Virus record (IMG/VR): IMGVR_UViG_3300019458_000063 | Location: 1-41,154 of that record | Reading direction: 5' to 3' (one strand) | DNA: 41,154 nt | Origin: a virus | Shown here: one piece after another, positions 8,108 through 17,219 of the stretch | Layout: each line of letters starts with the position of its first letter | How positions within the stretch are numbered: position 1 is the stretch's first letter | Program-made: the position numbers and the translations under genes | The notes under the pieces: generated by a model | The model's input: only the letters and a program-made list of their open reading frames with translations | Told to the model about the DNA's origin: nothing | Database searches by the model: none

Positions 8108-9508
8108 ATGGCGACGATCGCCGATCCGTTGGCGTCCAAGCGGCTGCGCGAAGAGCGTTTTAAGCTGGGGCAGGACATCAAGGCGCTGGCCAAGAAGGTC
8201 AACGACGAGAAGCGTGATTTCACCGCGGAAGAGTCCAAGCAATGGGACAAGATCAACGCGGATTACGACTCGTACGAGCCACGCATCAAGCGCGCCGAGC
8301 AGCTCGAGCGCTTGAACGCGGACAGCCTGCCAGAGGGTGGCGAGCGGCAAAGCCAACGTCACCCTGGGCAGGATGACCGGCGGCACAAGAAGTCCTCGAT
8401 CGGCGACCGCGATCCACTCGTCGCCGAGGGAGTGCGTCGCAGTCAGGTCGGCGGCTTGGCGCTGCACGGTTGGGTTGCCGCGCAGAGCGGACTGGAAATC
8501 ACAGCGCGTCAGAGGAGCGCACTGCGTGTAGCACGCATTCGCCCATCGCAGCGCGATTTCATCATCCGTCTGCCAGAGCGGCGCTACATGAACACGCCGG
8601 CCTGGTGCTTGACGTCGGAGCAGCGCGCGGAGCAGCGAGCCCTGTCGGCGCTCGTCGGTGCGGCGGGCGCGTTCACGATTCCCGAGGGATTTGTGAATAT
8701 GCTCGAACAGCAGATGCTCTACTTCGGGCCGATGCTTCAGGCGGCGAGCATCATGCGGACCGACAGCGGCAATCCGCTGCCCTGGCCGCATGTGAACGAT
8801 ACGAGCAACACCGGGGAAATTGTCGGCGAGAGCGCCTCGATCGGATCATCGGTCGACCCGAGTTTCGGGCAAACGGTTTTCAGCGCCTACAAGTTCTCCT
8901 CGAAGCTGGTGCTGGTGCCGGTGGAATTGACCGAGGATGCCAACTTTGACATCCCCTCCCTTCTGGGTGAACTACTCGGCGAGCGGCTGGGGCGGATCAT
9001 CAACACGCGCTGCACCACGGGCACGGGCGCCGCGCAGCCGACGGGCGTGGTGACCACCGCGACGGCGGGGGTTACGACTGGCGCCTCGGGGGCAATCATT
9101 GTCGACGAGTTGTACGATCTGCAACATGCTTTGGATGTGGCATATCGAAGTCGTCCGGGTGTGGCGTGGATGTCGCATGACTTGATCGTCAAGGCACTGC
9201 GGAAGCTGCAGGACAACGAATGGCGTAAGTACTGGGAACCATCGCTGCTAACGTCCGTGCCGGATCGGTTGCTGGGCTCGCCGTTCTTCACGAACAACGA
9301 CATGGCGTCCGCACTCGCGACGACGAACATCACGCTGCTTTACGGCGACTTCGGCAACTACAAGATTCGCCAGGTGCGTCAGATTCGTCTGCGCCGGCTC
9401 GTCGAGCGCTACGCCGATACCGATCAAGAGGGCTTCGTGGCGTTCATGCGTCTGGACGGCAACCAGATTCTTCCGGCCGCGACCATGAAGAAAATGACTC
9501 AAGTGTAA
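8108..9508 (+). CDS. Major capsid protein (HK97 fold) with N-terminal scaffold/delta domain
   Basis: 466 aa. Coiled-coil N-terminus (KRDFTAEESKQWDKINADYD), then a Phage_capsid-like core (GAFTIPEGFVNMLEQQM...VFSAYKFSSKLVLVPVEL...TTGTGAAQPTGV). Confidence 0.9.
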   Translation: MATIADPLASKRLREERFKLGQDIKALAKKVNDEKRDFTAEESKQWDKINADYDSYEPRIKRAEQLERLNADSLPEGGERQSQRHPGQDDRRHKKSSIGDRDPLVAEGVRRSQVGGLALHGWVAAQSGLEITARQRSALRVARIRPSQRDFIIRLPERRYMNTPAWCLTSEQRAEQRALSALVGAAGAFTIPEGFVNMLEQQMLYFGPMLQAASIMRTDSGNPLPWPHVNDTSNTGEIVGESASIGSSVDPSFGQTVFSAYKFSSKLVLVPVELTEDANFDIPSLLGELLGERLGRIINTRCTTGTGAAQPTGVVTTATAGVTTGASGAIIVDELYDLQHALDVAYRSRPGVAWMSHDLIVKALRKLQDNEWRKYWEPSLLTSVPDRLLGSPFFTNNDMASALATTNITLLYGDFGNYKIRQVRQIRLRRLVERYADTDQEGFVAFMRLDGNQILPAATMKKMTQV

Positions 9509-9526
9509 ACAGGGAGTGCGTGTCAC

Positions 9527-9685
9527 ATGAAAGTGCAACTCACGGCGTCGCGTGTGTGTCAGGGCAAGAGTGGTCACACCTACTCGCAGGCGGCGAAAGA
9601 GATCGTCGATGTCGAGCAGGCGGAGGGTGAACGATTGATCCGCGCCGGTCATGCGCGGCGCGTGGACGAAAAGAAGGGGCAATAG
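9527..9685 (+). CDS. Small hypothetical protein, 52 aa
   Basis: Hand-translated MKVQLTASRVCQGKSGHTYSQAAKEIVDVEQAEGERLIRAGHARRVDEKKGQ; fills the gap between the capsid gene and the next gene. Confidence 0.4.
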   Translation: MKVQLTASRVCQGKSGHTYSQAAKEIVDVEQAEGERLIRAGHARRVDEKKGQ

Positions 9686-9687
9686 CA

Positions 9688-10128
9688 ATGGCTTCTCTGC
9701 TTCACGAGTCTGTGGACATTTCCAGTAATGTCGTCGCTACTACGGCTGGCACGACGCCGCTCACGGGTACGGCGCTCGACATGTCCGGTTACGACGGCGT
9801 GTTGTTTATCGCGTCGTTCGCATCCGCGGCCGACGGCAATACGATCCTGATACAGCAATCGAACGATTCAAGCGGCTCGCCGGACGACTTTTCCCCGCTG
9901 GCCGGCACATCGGTGGTCACGGGCACAAGTGCGTCGAACGAGACCGTGTGGGTCAATGTCTATCGCCCGACAAAGCGCTACGTGAAGGCGGTTCTTGCTC
10001 GCGGCACGTCGGCGGCGGCAGCGTGTATTGCGCTGCAATATGGTGCGAAGAGTCAGCCGCGCACCAATGTCCTGACGGGCACCATCACCGGCGAGGTTCA
10101 TCTTTCGCCGGCCGAAGGCACTGCGTAA
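9688..10128 (+). CDS. Hypothetical head-associated protein (possible decoration protein)
   Basis: 146-aa ORF directly after the capsid gene, with an AAGGGGCAA ribosome-binding motif; function inferred from position only. Confidence 0.5.
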   Translation: MASLLHESVDISSNVVATTAGTTPLTGTALDMSGYDGVLFIASFASAADGNTILIQQSNDSSGSPDDFSPLAGTSVVTGTSASNETVWVNVYRPTKRYVKAVLARGTSAAAACIALQYGAKSQPRTNVLTGTITGEVHLSPAEGTA

Positions 10129-10149
10129 CGAAGAATCGAGGGGGCAGCG

Positions 10150-10482
10150 ATGGCGATTCCTGAAAAGAGATTACTCGGAGACGGCAGTTTCGAGTACTAC
10201 TACCCGGCCGGCTCTGGCATCCTGCTCGCTGGTGGTCAACTGTCGATCGAAGCCACGTCGGAGATCGTGCTCGCTGCTGGAGGCTCGATCAACGTCGAGA
10301 CCGGTGCGGGCATTACGGCGGACGGCACGCAGGCGTCGCACATCGCGGACGCCGACACCGCGCATGATCTTAATGCTGTATTCAGCGACACCGAGGTCGA
10401 GGCGGCGCTCGATGCGCTGGGCGCGAAGATCAACGCGATCCTGCTGGTAGTAGAGGGCATCGGGGCGACGGCCACATCGTAG
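10150..10482 (+). CDS. Hypothetical structural-module protein
   Basis: 110-aa ORF, GAGGGGGCA ribosome-binding motif, in the head module. Confidence 0.5.
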   Translation: MAIPEKRLLGDGSFEYYYPAGSGILLAGGQLSIEATSEIVLAAGGSINVETGAGITADGTQASHIADADTAHDLNAVFSDTEVEAALDALGAKINAILLVVEGIGATATS

Positions 10483-10506
10483 GCCGCGGCGAGGGGGCAA
10501 CACATT

Positions 10507-11109
10507 GTGCGCTATTCGATCACCCGCACCACTCCGCCGACCCTCGAGCCGGTGACCCTGGCTCAATTCTCGGTGTTCGCCGGCATCACGGACGCTTCGC
10601 AGAACGCCCTGCTGTCGGACCTGATCACCGCGGCGCGCGTCCACCTAGAGGATCAGATGCGCCGCTGCTTCGTTACGACCACGTGCACGTATTACGCGGA
10701 TCGTTTCCCCAGTGGTCGGACGCCGATCGCGCTGGCGCGCTCGCCGTTATTATCGATCGCGAGCGTGAAGTATTACAACAACGCGGATGTATTGACTACC
10801 TGGTCGAGCGCCAACTATCGCGCTGACACGCGCAGCGAGCCTGGGCGCGTGGAGCCGATCGAGGATTTGTACTGGCCCACCGATGTGCGCAACACCGTTA
10901 ACGCCGTGGAGGTTGCCTTCGTCGCGGGGTTTGGATCGACCGAGGCCGCGGCAGTGGCGGCGACTCCACGGACGATTAAGACGGCTGTGATGGTTCTGGC
11001 GAAGTCACTTTACGAGTACCGCGAGGGAATCGTTACAGGGACAATCGTAGCCGAGAATCCAGTGATCGCCAGCCTGATCGACAGCAATCGCGTGTATGAG
11101 TTCGTGTGA
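10507..11109 (+). CDS. Head-tail connector protein (gp6-like / DNA-packaging QLRG family)
   Basis: TLAQFSVFAGITDASQNALLSDLITAARVHLEDQMRRCF is a typical N-terminus of Phage_connect_1/gp6-like proteins; GTG start. Confidence 0.7.
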   Translation: MRYSITRTTPPTLEPVTLAQFSVFAGITDASQNALLSDLITAARVHLEDQMRRCFVTTTCTYYADRFPSGRTPIALARSPLLSIASVKYYNNADVLTTWSSANYRADTRSEPGRVEPIEDLYWPTDVRNTVNAVEVAFVAGFGSTEAAAVAATPRTIKTAVMVLAKSLYEYREGIVTGTIVAENPVIASLIDSNRVYEFV

Positions 11110-11429
11110 TGGGCCGGTTTTTATTCCCGCACAATGTACGGATCGAGCAGGCGGCAAGGACACAAAACACGTTCGGCGAGAAGGTCGAGACATGGCTGTT
11201 GTTCGCGCTCGTTTGGGCCAACGTCGAGTCGCTCTCGGGGCGCGAGATATTCCAGGCCCAGCAAGTGCAATCGTTGGTCACACACCGCGTGCGTATGCGA
11301 TTCATGCCGGGCGTGAAAAGTGAAATGAGAATCCGTTGGGATACGAGAGTGTTTCAGATTGATAGCGTCATTAACTCCGCGGAGCGGAACCGCGAGTTGG
11401 AGTTGCTTTGCGTGGAGCGGATGAACTGA
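11106..11429 (+). CDS. Head closure / head-tail adaptor protein (SPP1 gp16 / Phage_H_T_join family)
   Basis: FGEKVETW...VWANVESLSGREIFQAQQVQSLVTHRVRMRF...IRWDTRVFQIDSVIN matches the family pattern. Confidence 0.8.
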   Translation: MMGRFLFPHNVRIEQAARTQNTFGEKVETWLLFALVWANVESLSGREIFQAQQVQSLVTHRVRMRFMPGVKSEMRIRWDTRVFQIDSVINSAERNRELELLCVERMN

Positions 11430-11914
11430 TGACTGCGATCGTGAAACGCACGATTAGGCTGGAGGGACTTGAGGAGGTGCGCCGCGTGTTGAGGCGGTTG
11501 CCCGAGAAAGTACGCAATCGTGTTCTTCGCCCCGCCGTGCGATCGGCGGGTGGCGTAGTGCAAAAGGCAATTCGCAAGGCCGCGCCCAAGGGTCAACCTA
11601 GACGGTATCGCGGCAAGGACTTTCGAGGTGGCGATCTGAGGCGCAACATCACCGCGATCGTGCGAACCTATAAGACGAGCGTGATCGCGGTGCTTGGTCC
11701 TAAATATCCGACGCCGCATGCGCAGCTGAATATCCTGGGGACCTCGGATCGGTACACGAAAGCCGGCGGATATCGAGGCGCGATGAAACCACGAGATTTC
11801 ATCGCGATGGGCATGCGACAGGCCAAGAGTGCGTATGCCCCGAAATTACTAGCGAGGGTCAAGCAGGGCATCGAGCGGGAAGCGGAGAAAATGCGGAGGT
11901 CAAAGGGTAAGTGA
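11429..11914 (+). CDS. HK97 gp10-family tail-component protein
   Basis: Starts at ATG 11429 (overlaps the previous stop); LEGLEEVRRVLRRLPEKVRNRVLRPAVRSAGGVVQKAIRKAAPKG pattern. Confidence 0.7.
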   Translation: MTAIVKRTIRLEGLEEVRRVLRRLPEKVRNRVLRPAVRSAGGVVQKAIRKAAPKGQPRRYRGKDFRGGDLRRNITAIVRTYKTSVIAVLGPKYPTPHAQLNILGTSDRYTKAGGYRGAMKPRDFIAMGMRQAKSAYAPKLLARVKQGIEREAEKMRRSKGK

Positions 11915-12327
11915 GCATCGAGGGCGCGCTGCAAGGACACTTGATGTCGGATGGCGCACTCGCTGCGCTGGTCGGCAATCGCGTGGAACCGATCTTCGTC
12001 ACTCAACCAGATATGAGACCATACGTCACCTACATTAAGAATTTGGAAAGTCCCATCAACTCGGCACAGGGGACAGGGGCCGGTTCCATTTCACAATTTA
12101 CCGTGGACGTGTTCGCCGAGAAGTATACCACGGTCAAGGCGGTTGAGTCGGCGATTCGCGCGGCGATGCTAACATTCGTGAACCTGACTCCGTCGGGTCA
12201 AAACGTATACGTGCAGGGTAATCTATTGACCGCCGCGTCGGATGAAACGGAGTCTCCATTCGATGCAAGCGGCAAGCCACTCTTTCACGTAGCGTTGAAT
12301 TACGACGTACACCACCAAGCAGCTTAA
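11911..12327 (+). CDS. Tail completion/terminator-like protein (DUF3168-like)
   Basis: LQGHLMSDGALAALVGNRVEPIFVTQ...PYVTY is a DUF3168-type N-terminus; lies upstream of the major tail gene. Confidence 0.6.
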   Translation: MSIEGALQGHLMSDGALAALVGNRVEPIFVTQPDMRPYVTYIKNLESPINSAQGTGAGSISQFTVDVFAEKYTTVKAVESAIRAAMLTFVNLTPSGQNVYVQGNLLTAASDETESPFDASGKPLFHVALNYDVHHQAA

Positions 12328-12339
12328 GAGGGCAGAACG

Positions 12340-12732
12340 ATGGCGGGGCAAACAGGTTTCGGTACAACGGTCACCTTTAATTCCGTCTCGCTGGGGCAGA
12401 TCGTGAGCGTCGATGGTCCGAGTGTTTCGCGCGCTGCGGTCGACGTATCCAGCAATTCATCGACGGACATGTGGATGGATCAAGCGCCCGGCATGATCGA
12501 CCCTGGAACGATCTCAGTCGAGTGTCGATACGTTCAGGGCGTCGATCCGATCACGCACTTCGGCGCCGCGCCTGGAACGACGGCGAACCTCGTGATTGAT
12601 TGGCCCGGAACGGGCGAGACATACACGCAAAGCGCCTTCATGACGGGCGTGTCCATCGCGTCGCCGCATGATGGCTCGAATGATGTCACCTACGAATTCC
12701 AGGGAACGGGTAAGCCGACATTCGCGGCGTAG
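12340..12732 (+). CDS. Major tail (tube) protein
   Basis: 130-aa ORF immediately upstream of the G/GT chaperone pair; ...TYEFQGTGKPTF at the C-terminus. Confidence 0.7.
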   Translation: MAGQTGFGTTVTFNSVSLGQIVSVDGPSVSRAAVDVSSNSSTDMWMDQAPGMIDPGTISVECRYVQGVDPITHFGAAPGTTANLVIDWPGTGETYTQSAFMTGVSIASPHDGSNDVTYEFQGTGKPTFAA

Positions 12733-12749
12733 AAAGGTGTGGTGGTGCG

Positions 12750-13129
12750 ATGCTGACTCGCGACAATATTCTCGGCGCGGACGATCTGCCGCGCGAGGAA
12801 GTGGCGATCCCTGAATGGGGCGGGACGGCCTGGGTGCGCGCTGTGATGGCCGATGAGCTCGATGCCTTCGAGGCCTCGTGCCTCAATGGCTCATCGAAGC
12901 CGAGTTTGAAAAATCTGCGCGCGAAGTTCTGCGCTATGGTGCTCTGCGACTCCGAGGCAATCGGTTGTTCCATGACGCCGACGCGATCGCGCTGGGGAAG
13001 AAAAGTGCGGCAGCGTTGGACCGCATTTTCGCGGTTGGGCAGCGATTGAACAAGCGGACCAAGGAGGATGTCGAGGAACTGCTAAAAAACTCCGAGAGCG
13101 TCCCGAGCGACGCTTCCAGTTCCGCCTAG
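12750..13129 (+). CDS. Tail assembly chaperone (gpG-like), with a reading-frame break near 12954-12958
   Basis: The N-terminal half is in the frame of ORF 12750..13049 (…NLRAKFCAMVLCDSE). The C-terminal half is in the -1 frame of ORF 12878..13129 (GNRLFHDADAIALGKKSAAALDRIFAVGQRLN…KNSE). Joined, they read as one typical chaperone domain. Confidence 0.65.
13084..13090 (+). promoter_or_regulatory. -1 programmed frameshift slippery heptamer A-AAA-AAC (G to GT)
   Basis: ctA AAA AAC tcc lies in the G frame, 40 nt before the G stop (13127-13129). The -1 frame is open from here through the T-like ORF to 13443. Confidence 0.7.
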
Positions 13130-13143
13130 CGCTGGCTCTCGGA

Positions 13144-13443
13144 ATGACGCGGCGCGAGTTGCTGTGCAGGCTAGGCGCGGACGAGTTATCGGAATGGATG
13201 GCGTTTTTTCAACTGGAGCCGTTTGGATCGGAGCGAGAAGACGTACGCGCGGCGATGCTCTGCTCGCTGTTCGCCTCGGCTTGGAGTGGTCGGAAACATA
13301 AGAGGTGGCAACTGTATGACTTTTTCCCGAACCTCAAGGTGCGCGAGGCGCCGGACAGCGAGTCAGTGCGGATGCGATTCAGGATGTTCGCGGCGATGGC
13401 CGGGCAGGTGGTGAAGAAACATGGCGACAGTCGGACGGCTTAA
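13144..13443 (+). CDS. Tail assembly protein T-like domain (expressed as a GT fusion by -1 frameshift)
   Basis: MTRRELLCRLGADELSEWMAFFQLEPFGSEREDVRAAM resembles the lambda gpT motif (S..EL.EW.AY..LEPFG). The frame is open upstream back into G. Confidence 0.7.
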   Translation: MTRRELLCRLGADELSEWMAFFQLEPFGSEREDVRAAMLCSLFASAWSGRKHKRWQLYDFFPNLKVREAPDSESVRMRFRMFAAMAGQVVKKHGDSRTA

Positions 13444-14890
13444 CGTCATCCTCACGGCGAGTACCGCGAAATTCGCGTCTGGACTTGCCAGAGCGGCGAG
13501 AAGACTGGCGTCCTTCGCCGGAAAAGCGGCCGCGGTCGGTGGTGGAATAAGCGCGGCCCTGGGCGGCGTGGGACTTGTAGCTGGAATCAAGAGCGCCTCC
13601 GAGGAAATCCACAACATGGCGAAAAAGGCGATTGAGCTCGGCACGACCAGCGACAAGCTGGCTGAGCTGAAACTCGCGGCGGACTTGGCTGGTGTGGGAT
13701 TCGAGGAGCTCGTGGCCGTGATGGCGCACATGCAAGGCAGCATTGGGAAAGCGTTGCTCGGTGGCGGGCAAGGCGACATTTTGCGAATGATCGGTTTGGA
13801 CCCGCAGCAATTGAAGGCACTCGATCCGACCTCGCAGTTCCAACAGATCGCCGGTGCGATTGCCAATCTCGGCACGTCGGCCGAGAAAGCGGCGGTGACT
13901 CAGAAGCTCTTCGGTCGCGGCGGCCTCGCTTTACTGCCGCTTATCAAGCAGGGTTCCTCAGCGCTCGATGAAGCGGCCGCGCATGCGAGTATGCTGGGTC
14001 TCTCCGTGGATCAGGTGAGCGCGGAGAAAATTGCGATGATGCATGAGTCTCTCGTTTTGGTCAAGTCAGCGTTCAAGGGACTATTTGCTCAAATCTCCGT
14101 GCAATTGGCGCCATTCATCGCTTACCTCGCGGATCGTTTTGTCGCCTGGGGAGAAAGTAGTGGTGGTTCGGTCAACATCGTTTCGCGAGCATTCAGCCGC
14201 TTGAAGTCCATCATTATGACCGTGCTTGATTTCGTGGACAAAATACGCATTGTCTGGCTGCAAGTTGGGAGCGTTGTCCTTAGTGGCATCAAGCTCGTTG
14301 CTCAAGGCTACGCGTGGGTGTTCAAGAAGATTCGCGAAGGATTAGAGGTGCTTGCGAGTAAGTTAGATCGCTTCCAGTTGGTCATCGTAACTCTCTTGCG
14401 GGCAAAAGGCGGTTTAGTAGCTGGTGGGCTGGCAACTGCAATCGAAGCGGTAGGCCTCAAAGGACTGGTAAGCGGTGCGCAGATTGCGGAAGACTTTTCC
14501 ACAGGATTCGTGGATGAACTGCAAGGTCAGATCGACAAGAAAAAGAAAGCCATCTCGGACATTATCGCGAATCCATTGGCTCTCATCTTCTCCAAGAAAA
14601 CCCAGGAAATTCTCGATGAAGCGCAACAGCGCGCTAAGGAGAGAGCAGTAGTCCTGCCACCTGAAGCGCCGATCTCGTTGACGGAAATGGGAACAGCGAA
14701 GGAAGCGAAGGTTCCCGAGGCGGCGTTGCGCGGTTCCGTCGCGGCCGCGAAATCAATCACCGGGTTCATGAATCGAAAGCTCGTGGATGCAATGGAAAAA
14801 GTAGCAGGCCTGGCAGCAGAACAACTTGATGAGTTGAAGGGAATTCAGGGAGCGATCTCTAAGCTAGAGCAGGTCGAGGTAGCATTGTGA
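13421..14890 (+). CDS. Tape measure protein
   Basis: 489 aa, Ala/Gly/Leu-rich, with a TP901-like core (AIELGTTSDKLAELKLAADLAGVGFEEL...TQKLFGRGG); follows G/GT. Confidence 0.85.
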   Translation: MATVGRLNVILTASTAKFASGLARAARRLASFAGKAAAVGGGISAALGGVGLVAGIKSASEEIHNMAKKAIELGTTSDKLAELKLAADLAGVGFEELVAVMAHMQGSIGKALLGGGQGDILRMIGLDPQQLKALDPTSQFQQIAGAIANLGTSAEKAAVTQKLFGRGGLALLPLIKQGSSALDEAAAHASMLGLSVDQVSAEKIAMMHESLVLVKSAFKGLFAQISVQLAPFIAYLADRFVAWGESSGGSVNIVSRAFSRLKSIIMTVLDFVDKIRIVWLQVGSVVLSGIKLVAQGYAWVFKKIREGLEVLASKLDRFQLVIVTLLRAKGGLVAGGLATAIEAVGLKGLVSGAQIAEDFSTGFVDELQGQIDKKKKAISDIIANPLALIFSKKTQEILDEAQQRAKERAVVLPPEAPISLTEMGTAKEAKVPEAALRGSVAAAKSITGFMNRKLVDAMEKVAGLAAEQLDELKGIQGAISKLEQVEVAL

Positions 14891-14891
14891 C

Positions 14892-15857
14892 ATGGCGATT
14901 GTTTCGGTTCGCGAACGCACGTGGGGGCGCGCTGGGAGTGCGAGCGGTGAGCTGTCCGCAGGCAAGATCAACAGTCTCGATAAGAGTTACGAGCGCGAGT
15001 TCGTCGTCACGACGGATAGTCTCGATGATGGCAGCCGCATCGTCCGCTTGGCTCCGGGAATCCCTCGACTGTTCACGCGGTATGCGGCAGGAAGCGACCT
15101 CGATCTTTCCTGCTACGCATCGAGCATCGACGTTTCGCCGCTGGGTGGAACAGGCTACCACTGGACTGTCAAGGTGCAATACCGCTGGCAGCCGAACCCC
15201 GAGGCGGAGACTAGCGACAACCCGCTTGAGCAGCCACCAGAAATTTCCTGGGACAGCGTGGTGGTGCAGGTGGGCGTGCTTAAGGCGCGAATCGTTCCCG
15301 CGGCGGGAATACCCAAGAATGATGTCCCCGTTACCAATTCCGCGGGCCAGGGATTCGATCCACCGGTGGAACGAGACGTGGCTCACTTGCAGCTCACGTA
15401 TTCGCGCAATGAGTTGTCTTTTTCTCCCGTCCTCGCCTCAGCTTATTTCAGTGCAGTCAACAAGAGCACATGGTTGGGCGTTCCAAAGCATGTCGCGCGC
15501 TGCATGGGCATTAGCGCGACGAAGCAATATCACACCGATGATGAAGGCGGTATTTCGTTCGGTTACTGGAAGGTCACGTACGTGTTCGAGTTCAAGCCTT
15601 ACAATTCCGAGACCAATAAGTGGGAGACCTGGGATCGGGAATTCCTTGATCAAGGCACGATGCAAAAGAATGCGGCGGGCGATGGTCTGGAGGTTATCCG
15701 CGACAAGCAGCAGCACGCCGTGACGGAGCCAGTTCCACTCGACGGGTTCGGGAAGCAACTTGCGCAGGATAAAGTCGATATGTTCGAGTTCAAGTACCGC
15801 AAGTATGAGATCGAGCCCGAGGCGGATTTCGGACCACTTAACATCATATTGACATGA
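14892..15857 (+). CDS. Minor tail / distal tail-tip protein (putative)
   Basis: 321-aa ORF directly after the tape measure gene; function from position only. Confidence 0.5.
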   Translation: MAIVSVRERTWGRAGSASGELSAGKINSLDKSYEREFVVTTDSLDDGSRIVRLAPGIPRLFTRYAAGSDLDLSCYASSIDVSPLGGTGYHWTVKVQYRWQPNPEAETSDNPLEQPPEISWDSVVVQVGVLKARIVPAAGIPKNDVPVTNSAGQGFDPPVERDVAHLQLTYSRNELSFSPVLASAYFSAVNKSTWLGVPKHVARCMGISATKQYHTDDEGGISFGYWKVTYVFEFKPYNSETNKWETWDREFLDQGTMQKNAAGDGLEVIRDKQQHAVTEPVPLDGFGKQLAQDKVDMFEFKYRKYEIEPEADFGPLNIILT

Positions 15858-16228
15858 GCTGGTTGTTTGACATTGGCATGATCGCGATAGGCTGCGCCGT
15901 CGCGTTTCGTCGCGATGACGCAGCGAAGCTGATGAGATTGATCAGTGGCGATCGGCAAACACATTCGATCAAAATGCATGCCCAGCGGTTCGGAGCGCGT
16001 GGGCAGGCACTGGAACGATTCCGCCTGACGGCGGCACTGACATCCGGTGGCTCAGCCAGCGCCGAGCGTCAGAAAGCGAATGGGACGAGCTGGGTTAATT
16101 CAGGTGAGCCGACGGAAACACTTTACGACGCGATCGGTATGGATGGAGCGACGAACGATATCTGCTACTGCCAGTATTCGGCGATCGGTCGTTGGGAGAT
16201 CATGCAGAAAGCGTGTCCTCCACCATAG
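15854..16228 (+). CDS. Hypothetical protein with N-terminal hydrophobic segment
   Basis: 124 aa, MSWLFDIGMIAIGCAVAF...; ATGA overlap with the upstream gene. Confidence 0.45.
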   Translation: MSWLFDIGMIAIGCAVAFRRDDAAKLMRLISGDRQTHSIKMHAQRFGARGQALERFRLTAALTSGGSASAERQKANGTSWVNSGEPTETLYDAIGMDGATNDICYCQYSAIGRWEIMQKACPPP

Positions 16229-16259
16229 CGGTACACGATTGCAATAACAAGGGGCAATC

Positions 16260-16733
16260 ATGGCAACACTGAACGTACAGGGCGGGGCGCTGGCCATCAC
16301 CGATGGCACGCTCTCCAATTCGGCGCTCTCGTCCAACGCGAACATCAGTGAAACGAAACTCCAACATCGCTACAACATCCCCTACTATCAGACCACGGCG
16401 ACGACCGTGGCGGCGCAAACGGCGCCGATCTATCGTGCCTACCGCGGCGGGAACATTTTGTCCGTCACGGTCACGCCGCACACGATCCCCACCTCTGGAA
16501 CTTACACCGTTGATGTGCAGAAGGCCGCCAATGGTGGCAGCTACGCGACCATTCTCACGGCCGTCGTCACGGTCAATCCTAGTCCGAGCGCGAACAACAC
16601 GGATCAGCCCGGCCCACTGGCGACGACCACCTACAGCGCGGGCGACAAGTTCCGCGTGGTCGTGGCGATCTCATCGCCTGCCAACTCCGCCGGCGTGACC
16701 GTGATGCTCGCACTGTCCGAGGACCCCCAATAA
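16260..16733 (+). CDS. Tail-tip paralog 1 of 3 (unknown function)
   Basis: 157 aa; shares TKLQH.Y, ..D..K......S..L..V.T, T.Y.AGD...V.V and a C-terminal L.ED/NP with the next two ORFs. Confidence 0.65.
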   Translation: MATLNVQGGALAITDGTLSNSALSSNANISETKLQHRYNIPYYQTTATTVAAQTAPIYRAYRGGNILSVTVTPHTIPTSGTYTVDVQKAANGGSYATILTAVVTVNPSPSANNTDQPGPLATTTYSAGDKFRVVVAISSPANSAGVTVMLALSEDPQ

Positions 16734-17218
16734 TGCCGCACGTCCTCGATAGCGATACCACCGTGCAAGGTGGGCTGACCTGCACCACACTGACGATCAA
16801 CAGCACCGCCACTCAGCTCTCCGCGACCAAGCTGCAGCACCAGTACAATCGCACGATCATCTTCGACGGCGCGACGGACGTGTCCTCGGGCTCGGCGATC
16901 ATCCACGCCACGTTCGGCGCGACGGCGACGATCGTGGCCGGTCGTTTCTGGACCGAGACCGCGCCAGCCGGTGGCAACCTGCAATTCACGATCGATTTCC
17001 AGAAGGGGAACGCCGGAAGTGTGTTCTCCTCCATTCTCTCGTCCGTGCTGACGATTGATTCTTCGCGCGCCGATCGCACACCTTACGGCGCGACGTTCTC
17101 GGGCACGGCGCTCGTAGCGGGCGACATCGTGCAGATCGTGGTTGCAGCCTCGGGGACCACAGGCACGCAAGCGCAGGGGGGCATGGTGCAGTTGATCGTG
17201 CGCGAGGACCCAGCATAA
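16733..17218 (+). CDS. Tail-tip paralog 2 of 3 (unknown function)
   Basis: 161 aa; ETAPAGGNLQFTIDFQKG...ASGTTGTQAQ...REDPA parallels paralog 3. Confidence 0.65.
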   Translation: MPHVLDSDTTVQGGLTCTTLTINSTATQLSATKLQHQYNRTIIFDGATDVSSGSAIIHATFGATATIVAGRFWTETAPAGGNLQFTIDFQKGNAGSVFSSILSSVLTIDSSRADRTPYGATFSGTALVAGDIVQIVVAASGTTGTQAQGGMVQLIVREDPA

Positions 17219-17219
17219 A

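Noticed and set aside
12996-13007. GGGGAAGAAAAG as the slippery site joining the two chaperone frames
   Set aside because: A slip here would retain about 15 junk residues (AIGCSMTPTRSRWGR) and drop the conserved GNRLFHDADAIALGK. The protein-level junction is at about 12955, where the sequence is not slippery.
14887-15723. 278-aa plus-strand ORF overlapping 14892..15857
   Set aside because: It is an Arg/Ser-rich shifted frame. The 14892 frame starts 2 nt after the tape-measure stop and has normal composition.
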